DNA of 64,000 bases, taken from positions 5,456,001 through 5,520,000 of the forward strand of contig OY986946.1 of the NCBI GenBank assembly GCA_963920595.1, read 5' to 3'. Every line of letters starts with the position of its first letter. Position 1 is the first letter of the stretch. The stretch comes from Eimeria praecox. Its lineage: Eukaryota. The position numbers and the translations under genes were made by a program. Below the pieces are notes generated by a model. That model worked only from the letters and a program-made list of their open reading frames with translations, did no database searches and had not been told where the DNA came from. Below, piece after piece: positions 1-10,928 of this stretch.

Positions 1-464
1 CACATGTACACCTCAACAGCAGCACAACACATAGACCCTAATAGCTGCATATACACCCTAGTAAACTGCCCATACACCCTAGCAAGCTGCACATACACCC
101 GAACAGCTGCATATACACTCCAGCAAAACCCCACACTAGACATGCATACACCCGAATAGCTCTATTATTCTTCTGTCCCTTCACTATTATTCTGTCTCCT
201 CTTTAAAATTTTTCTGTCTCCTCTTTATTATTTTTCTGTCTCCTCTTTAACATTCTTCCGTCTCCTCCTTTTTATATTCTTCTGTCTCCTCCTCCTACTT
301 CTAGTGTCTCCTTCTACTTCTAGTGTCTCCTTCTAATTCTAGTGTCTCCTTCTACTTCTAGTGTCTCCTTTTTATTTCTAGTGTCTCCTTTATTTTATTT
401 TTTATTTTTTTATTTTATTTTTTTTATTTTTTATTTTTTTTATTTTTTATTTGTTTATCTTCAG

Positions 465-1092
465 CCAGATTCTCCTCTTCCCGCTTCTCATCAGAAGCTG
501 TCGAACTGCGGGGTCTTATCTCTCTGTCTCCTTCAACTACAGGTTAAATAAACCCTAAACCCTAAACCCTAAACCCCCAAACCCTAAACCCTAAACCCCT
601 AAACCCTAAACCCTAAGAGTAATACTGCTAATGCCAGAGAAGGGACAGACAACTGCAGAGTCGGAGATACAGTCGAGCTATATAAACATGTAGTAATATA
701 TGTTTGTATAAATATAAATAAATAAATAAATAAATATATACATAAATAAATAAATAAATAAATAAATTATATATATTATATTTGAAGGTTTCTTATGGTT
801 TTGTATCTGTTAAGACAAGAAGCACTTAAGGGTGTGGGGGGAAGCTGAATGGGTGCAGCAACAGCAGCAGCAGCAGCAGCAGCTGCTGCTGCTGCTGTTG
901 TTGTTGTTGCTGCTGCTGCAGTCTTAGCAGCCTAATTGTGTATTATTTGTCTATCAGTGTTGCTGCTGCTGCTGCTGCTGCTGCTGTCTCCTCTCTGCTG
1001 CTGTCTGTACACCGCAGGATAAGGAGACAGGCAAAATCGACTACTGCATCGACACAGACTCCGTCCGTCTCCTACATGGGCGCTTCGTATAA
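465..1092 (+). CDS. 3' end (last two exons) of a gene entering from the left; possibly histidine-phosphatase/PGM-like C-terminus
   Basis: Exon 465-542 (ttcag|...cag|gtt, 78 nt) joins exon 1018-1092 (ccgcag|GAT...TAA) in phase 0, giving non-repetitive PDSPLPASHQKLSNCGVLSLCLLQLQ-DKETGKIDYCIDTDSVRLLHGRFV*. The family guess rests only on the 'LSNCGV..L.L' resemblance and is weak. Confidence 0.5.
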
Positions 1093-1380
1093 ACAAGCTG
1101 CTGCTGCAGCAGCAGCAGCAGCTGCAGCAGCAGCAGCAGCTGCTGCTGCTACTGCTGGTGGAGGTGCTGCAACAGCTACTGGTGCTGCAGCTCATGGTGA
1201 AGTTGCTGCTGTTGCTGCAGCAGCGGCAGCTCCTAGTGAAGTTGCTGCAACTGCTGCTGCAGCTGCAGCTAGTGCAGCAGCAGCGGCTGCAGCAGCAGCA
1301 ACAGCAGCTGCAGCAGCAGCAGCTGCTGCTGCTGCTAGGGACATTTACCCGTGGCACAGCCAGGGGAGAACTGCAAGAAC

Positions 1381-1478
1381 TCAAGGAGACAGCGCTCTTA
1401 TAAATGCTGACTTCCTGCTGCTGCTGCTGTTGCTGCTGCTTCTGTTGCTGCTGCTTTTGCTGCTACGACTTCTGCTGC

Positions 1479-1516
<38 letters not shown>

Positions 1517-1889
1517 TGTTGCTGTGGCTGGTTGAGCCTTCGTCGGACGCGTTGAAGTGTCTGCTGCAGCTGCAGCAGCTCATAGGGATATGTGTCTTGC
1601 TGCTGTTGCTGCAGCTGTTTCTGCTGCTGTTGCTGCAGCTGTTTCTGCTGCTGTTGCTGCAGCTGTTGCTGCTGCTGTTGCTGCTGCTTTACCGACGAAG
1701 GAAGCTCATCTGCAGCAGCAGAACCAACAGCAGCAGCGGCGTGCTGCAGTGTCTCCTCGAGCAGCAGCAGCTGCTGCTGCTGCAGCCGCAGCGGCGAGTG
1801 GCCCAGCAGCTGCAGCAGCGGGGCTCGCTGCAGCACCTGCAGCAGTTCTAGCAGCAGGCGACGCTCTGTTGCTGCCGTTGGCGGCGTCC

Positions 1890-1922
<33 letters not shown>

Positions 1923-2084
1923 TTCTTGCTGCTGCTGTTGCTGCTGCTGCATCCGCAGCAGTACGCAGCAGCAGCAAGAATGTCTGAGGCTTCATTTGTG
2001 CTGCAACAGGAGCAGCAGCAGCAGCAGCAACCCAGCGGAGGCGGAGTTCCCGCAGCAGCAGCAGCTGCTTGAGCGCTTGCTGCT

Positions 2085-2118
<34 letters not shown>

Positions 2119-2450
2119 CAGCAGCAGCAGCAACGGCGACAGCATGCGTAGCGCATGCAAGGAGGAAGCCAGCGAGTGCTGCAGCAGAGAACGAGGGCCC
2201 TTCTCGAGTAGCTGCTGCAGCAAGGTGCAGCACAGCATCACCTGCTGCTGCTGTTGCTGTTGCTGCTGCTGCTGCTGCTGCGCTGCTGCTGCAGCGAAGA
2301 AGCGGAGGATGGTGGCGATCTGCTCCCCACGCAGGGAACCCGCAGCAGCAGCAGCAGCAGCATGAGGCAGCAACACAGCAGCAACTGCTGCTGCTTCTGC
2401 AGCAGACAGAAAAGCAGGAGCTTCTGCGTCGACTGTTCTTGTTATTGTTG

Positions 2451-2496
<46 letters not shown>

Positions 2497-2895
2497 GTCT
2501 GTTGCTTCATCCATAGAAGCTCCGGAATGTGTGCTTACTTCTTCTTCTTCCTGCTGCTGCTGCTGCTGCTGCTCCTGCATGCGCTGGTAAGCAGAAACGA
2601 AGAACGCCATGTCTGAGACTGTCTGCGGCTGCAGCATGATCTGCTGCTGTTGCTGCTGTTGCTGTTGCTGCTGCTGCTGCTGTTTCTGCTGTTCCTGCTG
2701 CTGCCTGTGGTGGTGGAGTGGACTGGTGTTTGCTGCAGCTGCAGCAGTAGCAGCAGTAGGAGCAGCAGTAGCTGCTGCTGTAGCAGCAGCAGCAGCAGCA
2801 AGCACAATGATGCGGGCTACGTGTAGGTCTTGCTGCTCAGCCGCTGCGAGGGCCTTCCCTGCTGCAGCTAACCATGAAACTCGCAGCAGCAGATC

Positions 2896-2932
<37 letters not shown>

Positions 2933-3101
2933 AGGTCTGGCTGTAGAATGAGATCAAGTAAGCGGTTGCTGAGGTGTACGTACACCGCAGATTCTCTGTA
3001 GCCAAGAGCAGCAAACTGCATCAGGAGAGCAGCAACTTCTCGCAGCGTTGCTGCTGCTGTCTTGTATTGTATTTCTGCTGCTGCTCGTGAAACCAGCTCA
3101 T

Positions 3102-3141
<40 letters not shown>

Positions 3142-4380
3142 GACGCCGCTGCGGCGAGCCTGCAGCAATGCCTGCAGCAGCACAGACAAGTCAGCAGCTA
3201 AATAGCTGCGGAGACACCGCACGCTACAATGAGCAGCAGCAGCAGCAAACGACAGCTCTATCAATGTTTGCATCGGCTTCGTTTGTAGCTGCAGCACATC
3301 CCATTCATCTCCTTGCTGCTGCTGCTGCTGCTGCAGTTGCTGCTGCTGCTGCTGCTGCAGTTGCTGCTGCTGCAGCTGCTGCAGGCTTGGGTATGCGTGA
3401 GCAGCTAGAAGGAGACAGTGTGTTGTTGCTGCTGCAGACAAGAGAGGTAGAAAATAAACATAGTCTACGAGGCAGACACGCAGCTGTCTCTCTGTAGCAG
3501 ATCTGCTGCTGCTGCTGTTGTGCTGCTGCTGCTGCTGCTGCTGCTGCTGCAGCTGCTGCACTGCAGCACGAAACTCCCTCAGCAGCTTCTTCCCTAGCTG
3601 CATGCGAGGCACAGGTAGCTGCTGCTGCAGCGCTTTGTGTTGCTGCTGCTGCTGCTGCTGCCCTTGCAGCAGCGACAGCACCTGCTGCTGTGCTGCTGTT
3701 AGCGGCTGCTGCTGCTGCTGCAGCAGCAGCAAACGCAGCAGCCATTGCTGCTGCTGAGCTTCTCGGCTTGCAGCTTTAACGGGGTCCTTCAGCTTGCATG
3801 CATGCATGTGTCTCCTGCTGCTGCTGCTGCTGCTATTGGTGCTGCTGCTATTGCTGCTGCTGCTATTGCTGCTGCTGCTTCCTTTACTTTTACCCTTCTT
3901 GCTGCTGTTGCTGTTGCTGCTGCTGCTGCTGCTCTTGATGATATCTTTCATTCGTTCGCTGCGTTTGTAAGAAGACGGAGATCGAATACGAAGTCTGCGA
4001 TTTCCTGCTGCTGCTCCAGGTGCTGCTGCTGCTGCTGCTGCTCCAGGTGCTGCTGCTGCTGCTGCTGCTCCTTCAGGTGCTGCTGCTGCTTCCGATGCTG
4101 CTGTTGCTGCTGCTGTTTCAGTTGTTGTAGCATTAGCTGCTGCTGCCGTTCCTGCTGCTGCTGCTGCTGCTGCTGTTGTTGTTCTTGCTGCTGCTCCTAA
4201 TAACTCCTGCAGGCTGCCCCCTATCTGTTGTCTAGCGGTGCTGCTGCTGCTGCTGCTGCTGCTGGTGGTGTTGCTGCTGCTGCTGCTACTGAGGCGCCGT
4301 GCTGTCTGTACACACCAGCGGCGCCACAGCAGCGGCGCAGCGGCCGCTGCTGCTGCTCCTGCCAGGTGTGGGGCCCACAT
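1381..4380 (-). CDS. Single-exon 999-aa protein with poly-A/Q/S tracts; probable organellar (mitochondrial) helical-repeat RNA-binding protein of RAP/HPR/OPR type
   Basis: 3-kb open frame with complex segments between CAG-derived tracts. The N-terminus is Arg-rich and acid-free (LLWRRWCVQTARRLSS), like a mitochondrial presequence. It has degenerate helical motifs such as TLREVAALLMQFAALGYRESAVY, LQPQTVSDMAFF, LRGEQIATILRFFA, LQHSLASSLHALRML and MKPQTFLLLLRTAA. Confidence 0.7.
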
Positions 4381-4443
4381 GCATGCAGCATCCCGAAGGC
4401 GGTTTCTACTGCAGCACAGGATGCAGCTGCTGCAGCTGCAGCT

Positions 4444-4475
<32 letters not shown>

Positions 4476-4602
4476 TCCCTATTAAATAGCTATTATACTT
4501 TTGTAGACCTTGAAGCTGTTAGAGGAAGAATAATCGATTACAATTTTTTCTATATAACTCGAGAAGAAACCCTAAACCCTAAACCCTAGGACAGGCGGCC
4601 TG

Positions 4603-4642
4603 GGGGGCCCCCGGGGGCCCCCGGGGGCCCCCGGGGGCCCCC
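4603..4642. repeat. (GGGGGCCCCC)4 perfect 40-bp palindrome in a short divergent promoter region
   Basis: Read directly. Lies between the divergent starts at 4380 (-) and 5032 (+). Confidence 0.9.
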
Positions 4643-4755
4643 AGATTGTGAGAAGATGACGAGGGGTAGAGAGAGTATGAATAGAGTAGAATATTTTTGC
4701 TGTTAAGATTTAATTATCTAACGTCATTGCATGCATAAACCCTACGTATAAGCCC

Positions 4756-4806
<51 letters not shown>

Positions 4807-5031
4807 TTGGCTAGCTAGTGAAGAAGAAGGAGTAAAGGAATTCTTCTTCTCTTGAGTATATCTGCAGCAACAAATACAGACAAAATAAACTGCACAGAGA
4901 GCAGCAGCAAAGCAGCAGCAGCAAAGTAGCAGCAGCAGCAGCAGCAGCAGCAGCGGGAACAGTAGCAGCAACAGCAACAGCAACAACACCAGCAGCAGCA
5001 GCAACAGCAACATCCTCAGAAGCCGGCCCTG

Positions 5032-5347
5032 ATGGCTCACGTTGCAGCAGAAGAAGCAGCAGCAGCAGCAGCCGCAGCAGCAGCAGGAGGAACAGCAGCA
5101 GCGAGAGCAGCAGACACAGCAGCAGGACGGTGGGGTCCTGAGGTGTACGTACACCCGAAAGCAAACATTTCTGGCTCTGTTCGATTAGGGGTTGGCTGCT
5201 GTGTCTCTGCAACAGCAACAATAGAAGGAGGAGAGGGGGGCATAGAGATAGGAGATTATACAATAATTAAAGAGAAAGCTGTTATTAAAAACACGTAAGA
5301 TAAACAACTGTCTCCTTTGGATCTCTCTCTCTCTCTCTGTCTCTCTG

Positions 5348-5407
<60 letters not shown>

Positions 5408-5417
5408 TCTCTCTCTC

Positions 5418-5482
<65 letters not shown>

Positions 5483-5670
5483 CTGTCTCCTCTCTACGCT
5501 GTCTCCTTGTCTCTTTGTTGCTGTCTCGTCATGGATACAGATAAACCCTAAACCCTAAACCCTAAACCCTAAACCCTAATTTGCTGCTTTGCTTCTACCC
5601 TTCAGGCGCAGCTTTCCTATGAGCATCGGCGGCTTCTGTATCTTCGAGGAAGCCTCATGTAAACCCTCAA

Positions 5671-5748
<78 letters not shown>

Positions 5749-5878
5749 GTGTTTATGTTTAGAAGCACATCCTGCTGTCTGTGGTGTCTCCTTCTTGTCT
5801 GCTCAGCTATCACTGATGTAGATAGTATACAAGATTTCGTACGACTAGGAGCCCGCGGTATTACTTGCTGCTGCTGCT

Positions 5879-5930
<52 letters not shown>

Positions 5931-6028
5931 TTGCTGCTGTTGCTGTTGCTGCTGCCTCTGCCTTTTTTGTCTTGCAGTGTCTGTGAGTGGATTATGCCTG
6001 AAATGTCTGCTGTTTGTGCTGTTGCTGC

Positions 6029-6087
<59 letters not shown>

Positions 6088-7103
6088 TTGCTGCTGCTGT
6101 TGCTGCTGCTGCTGCAGCGAGCGTGTCTTGCTGCAAGTGTCTAGGCCTAGGCAGCCGCGTAGGCCCTAACTGTCATTTGAGGGGACAGCAAATATCTGTG
6201 GGGCCTCAAGAAGTTTTCTATGGGGATAGAGGAAGGGCCTTCGATCGTGAAGCGATAAGGGTAGCTGTCTCCTTTTATTTACTGTCTCCTTTTATTTACT
6301 GTCTCCTTTTATTTACTGTCTCCTTTTATTTACTGTCTCCTTTTATTAGCTGTCTCCTTTTATTAAAACTGTCTCCTTTTATTAACTGTCTCCTTTTATT
6401 TACTGTCTCCCTTTGTTAGCTGTCTCCTTTTATTTACTGTCTCCTTTTATTAACTGTCTCCTTTTGTTAACTGTCTCCTTTTATTTACTGTCTCCTTTTG
6501 TTAACTGTCTCCTTTTATTTACTGTCTCCTTTTAATAACTGTCTCCTTCTAACTGTCTCCTTTTTGCTCTCTCATTTATAGGGGTCTCCTTCTAACTGTC
6601 TCCTTTTAATAAAACTGTCTCCTTTTAATAACTGTCTCCTTTTAATAACTGTCTCCTTTTAATAAATGTCTCCTTTTGATAACTGTCTCCTTCTAACTGC
6701 CTACTTCTAACTTAGTCCTCTAACTGTCTCCTTTTTATGAGTCTCCTTCTAACTGTCTCCTTTTGACTGTCTCACCTTAACTGTCTCTTTCTGGCTGTCT
6801 CCTCTTAACTGTCTCCCTGTACCTGTCTCCTCTAACTGTCTCCCTCTACCCGCCTCCTTCTAACTGTCTCCTTTTAACTGTCTCCTTTTAACTGTCTCCT
6901 TTCAACTGTCTCCTTTGTAAGTGTCTCTTTCCTAACTGTCTCCCTTGTAGCTGTCTCCTCTGTGAGTGTCTCCTTGTAGCTGTCTCGTTTATAACTGTCT
7001 CCTTTTAACTGTCCCCTTTTAACTGTCTCCTCATCAAACTGTCTCCTCCTCTCTGCTGAAGGTTGACAGCCCTCCTGGGGCTGTAGTTAAGACCCTCTGC
7101 TAG
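5032..7103 (+). CDS. DCTN6: Dynactin subunit 6 (p27), left-handed beta-helix protein
   Basis: Exons 5032-5294, 5606-5658, 5807-5857, 6118-6260 and 7062-7103 splice in frame with GT-AG: ...VYVHPKANISGSVRLGVGCCVSATATIEGGEGGIEIGDYTIIKEKAVIKNT-RSFPMSIGGFCIFEEAS-SITDVDSIQDFVRLGAR-ASVSCCKCLGLGSRVGPNCHL...QEVFYGDRG... This fits the hexapeptide pattern of p27 (IxIGxxNxIEExAxI...PMxIGxxNVFE...IIGxxC...VIYG). The last exon is the least certain. Confidence 0.75.
6265..7050. repeat. Intronic ~20-bp degenerate minisatellite (core AACTGTCTCCTTTT)
   Basis: Dozens of tandem copies fill DCTN6 intron 4. Confidence 0.85.
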
Positions 7104-7280
7104 CCGGCATTCCTTATTGCTGCTGCTGTTGCTGCTGCTGTTGCTGCTGCTGTTGCTGCTGCTGTTGCTGCTGCTGTTGCTGTTGCTGCTGCTGTTGCTG
7201 CTGACAGAGACAAGCTCAAGTCCTAGCGACGGAGCTCCCCCATCTGCAGCGCCGTCTCCTCTCTGCTATGGAGACAGAAC

Positions 7281-7412
7281 GAGGGGCCCCCTAGCAGACA
7301 GAGGGGCCCCCTAGCAGACAGAGGGGCCCCCTAGCAAGCAGAGGGGCCCCCTAACAAGCAGAGGGGCCCCCTAGCAGACAGAGGGGCCCCCTAGCAAGCA
7401 GAGGGGCCCCCT
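7281..7412. repeat. 20-bp tandem repeat GAGGGGCCCCCTAGCA(G/A)(A/G)CA, about 6 copies
   Basis: Read directly. A GGGGCCCC-rich tract continues to about 8060. Confidence 0.85.
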
Positions 7413-9577
7413 ACCAAGCCTGGGGGCCCTTTAAATAGAACAGGTGTCTCTGAAGCAAGACGTATAACTACTGATAAGAAAACCAACAAAGAGGGGCCCC
7501 CATATAATCATATAAACCCTCTCCGAGCGTATTCAAACCTAGTCAGGGGCCCCTCACACCCACCACCTAGGGGCCCCCACCCCTAGGGGCCCCCTTAGTG
7601 GGGGGCCCCTCTTATTATTCTTAATAGGGGCCCCTCTTATAAACCTTTAAGAGTCCCTTCTTATTATTTTTATGGGGGCCCCTATTAACGATGAATCTTA
7701 ATAGGGGCCCCTCTTATGAGCCATTAACCTTCAAGGGGCCCCCCTTGTGAATCGTACAGGGGCCCCCCATATAATCAAGGGGGCCCCTTCTCTAAAGAGG
7801 TAGGGAGCTGAGGCAGAGAGAGGATAGAGAGAGAGAGAGAGAAAGCAGCGAAGAGAGACAGCGAAAGGAGACAGACAGGGAGAGGAGAGAGACGGAGAAA
7901 GGAGACAGTTAGAAAGGAGACAGTTAGACTGATTGTTCTTCGTCAACCCTATGGGGGCCCCCCCTCGTATTAACAGTCTAGGGGCCTCTGAGAGGGTTGA
8001 GCTGAGCTCGGGGGCATTTGTTAATTGCTACTCTGTTGAAAGAAAAGGAGACAGGGGCCCCCATGAAGGAGACAGTATGAGAAGAAGGAGACAGACAGAC
8101 ACAGCAGCAGCTTGTTGCTGCAGACAGTTTAATATTTCAGGTGTATAGGCACCTCAGAACCTAGGAAATTGTTTCTACATACACTCCTTTAACACTACCT
8201 GCAGATAAAGAAGAGAAACAGGGGCCCCTGCATCTATGAGGGGGCCCCTTCTTCTCCATACACCGTAGGGGAAGGCTGCGGTGTACGTACACTGAGAGAC
8301 AGCAGCAAAAGGAGACACTTTACAGCCCCTGCTGAGGGCTGAGTCACTGTCCTCTTGCTGCTGCTGTCTGCTGCGGGCGGTCGCTCTCTGTCTCCTTTCT
8401 CTGTCTGTCTCCTTTCTCTGTCTGTCTCCTTTCTCTGTCTCTGTCTGTCTCTTTTGTTTTGTGTGTCTCTTTTGTTTGTCTGTCTCTTTTGTTTGTATGT
8501 CTCCTTTCTCTGTCTCCTTTCTCTGTTTCCTTTCTCTATATCCATTCTCTGTCTGTTGTATTGCTTGCTGCATTTGTATCCTTGTGGGGTTTGAGTGGCG
8601 TTGATTGTCTGTCTCCTTTGTTTTATATGTTTCTATCTGTCTCATGTTTGTCTCTATTTCTATCTCTTTTATTTTTTATTTTATTTGAGGGTTATGGAGA
8701 CAGGGGACTGTATTATATTGTAGGAGTCTGATTTATCTCTTATTCTATTTGCTTGGTCTCTGTCTCTATCTCTGTCTGTGTCTGTCTCTATCTCTGTCTG
8801 TGTCTGTCTCTATCTCTGTCTCAGTCTCTATTGCTGTCTCTATCTCTATCTCTGTCTCTGTCTTTATCTCTATCTCTGTCTCTATCTCTATCTCTGTCTC
8901 TATCTCTGTCTCCGTCTGTCTCTATCTCTGTCTCCGTCTGTCTCTATCTCTCTCTATGTCTTTCTCTATCTCTATCTCTGTCTCCCTCAGTCTCTGTCTC
9001 TGTCTCTATCTCTGTCTCCGTCTCTATCTCTATCTCTATCTCTGTCTCTGTCTCCCTCTCTATCGTCGCCGCTGTTTGAGTGTCTCCTTTTCTGTCTCCT
9101 TTTCCCTTCGGGTGTATGCGCAGCATTTAATGTCGACAGTCTTCTAGAAATTATTTAGATAGAAATAAATAACAACAAACAGCTGCTACCTTCGCCTCCT
9201 GCTGCGGCAGCAGGGCTGTCGCTGTTGTTGTTGCTGCTGCTGCTGTTGCTGCTGCTGTTGCTGTTTCTTCTGTTGTTGTTGCTGCTGCTGCTGTTGCTGC
9301 TGCTGTTGCTGTTTCTTCTGTTGTTGTTGCTGCTGCTGTTATTGTGTTCTGTTGTAATTGCTGCTGCTGTTGCTGTTGTTGCTGCTGTTGCTGCTGCCGT
9401 TGATACTGCTGCTGCTGCTGCTGCTACAATTAATGCAACTGCAGCTGCTGTTGCTGCAGATTTTGTTGCTGCTGCTGCTGCTGCTAATTCTGCTGCTGCT
9501 GCAGCAGCTGCAGCAGCAGTTCCAGCGTGAGAGGTTAAGTAATATATTTTGTTTGTTGGATAGGAAGAGACAGTTCG

Positions 9578-10452
9578 TTAGAGTTTGGCTGTTTGTATGT
9601 TATTAGAATTTGTATTTAATATTTTATTTGTTTGTTTTATTTCTATAAACCCCCTATCAAGTACAATTGTTTGTTTATTTGATATGTTTATAACTTGAAA
9701 GGAGACAGTTGAGGGGGCAGGCTGCCATATACACACACGGAGACTGTCTCCTGGGGTTGTGGGGTTAGTAAACCTGCAGGAGACACTTAAGACCTGCTCA
9801 GAGTCTCCTTCGAGCAGCTCGCGTATTATTACTGTTCGCACACACACAGACACAGAAGGAGACAGAAGGAGATATAAGGAGACAGAAGGAGACAGAAGGA
9901 GACATAAGGAGACAGAAGGAGACATAAGGAGACAGAAGGAGACAGAAGGAGGCAGAAGGAGACAGAAGGAGACAGAAGGAGACAGAAGGAGACAGAGGCA
10001 GGCAGAAGGAGACAGAGGCAGGCAGAAGGAGACAGAGGCAGGCAGAAGGAGACAGAAGGAGACAGAGGGAGACAGAAGGAGACAGAAGGAGACAGAAGGA
10101 GACAGAAGGAGGGTTCGGGAGAGATGAGGAGACACAAGCGCAGATAAGGACAGATACAGAAACACAGGGAGACATAAGGAGACAACAGGAGAGCTAAGGA
10201 GACAGAAGAGCTAAGGAGACAGAAGGAGACAGGAGAGATAAGGAGAGGTAAGGAGAGATAAGGAGACACAAGGAGACATAAACAGACACAGGGAGGCATA
10301 AGGAGAAATTATAGAAAAGATAAGGAGACAGAAGGAGAGATAAGGAGACAACAGGAGACGTAAGGAGACATAAGGAGAGATAAGGAGACATAAGACATGA
10401 GGAGACAGAAGGAGAGATAAGGAGACACAAGGAGAGATAAGGAGAAATAAGG

Positions 10453-10498
<46 letters not shown>

Positions 10499-10546
10499 AT
10501 ATCTATATCTATATCTATATCTATATCTATATCTATATCTATATCT

Positions 10547-10595
<49 letters not shown>

Positions 10596-10790
10596 ACGAC
10601 AGGTGTATATATATGTATAGATATAGACAGAAAGATAGACAAAACTATATAAATAGTCTCTGTCTCTTTGTGTATACCTCTAGTAGCTATCCCCAAAGTG
10701 CAGAGGCCGTGAAGAATGGGCTTCGAGAAACCTCCCATCTTTGCGAGGCTTTCATCAGCCTAAGAAACAGCAAGTAGGGTATTTGATTGT

Positions 10791-10841
<51 letters not shown>

Positions 10842-10855
10842 TATATATATATATA

Positions 10856-10928
<73 letters not shown>

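Noticed and set aside
7933..9530. Small ORFs between DCTN6 and ECH2
   Set aside because: Low-complexity translations with no recognisable domain or consistent exon chain; likely UTR or intergenic.
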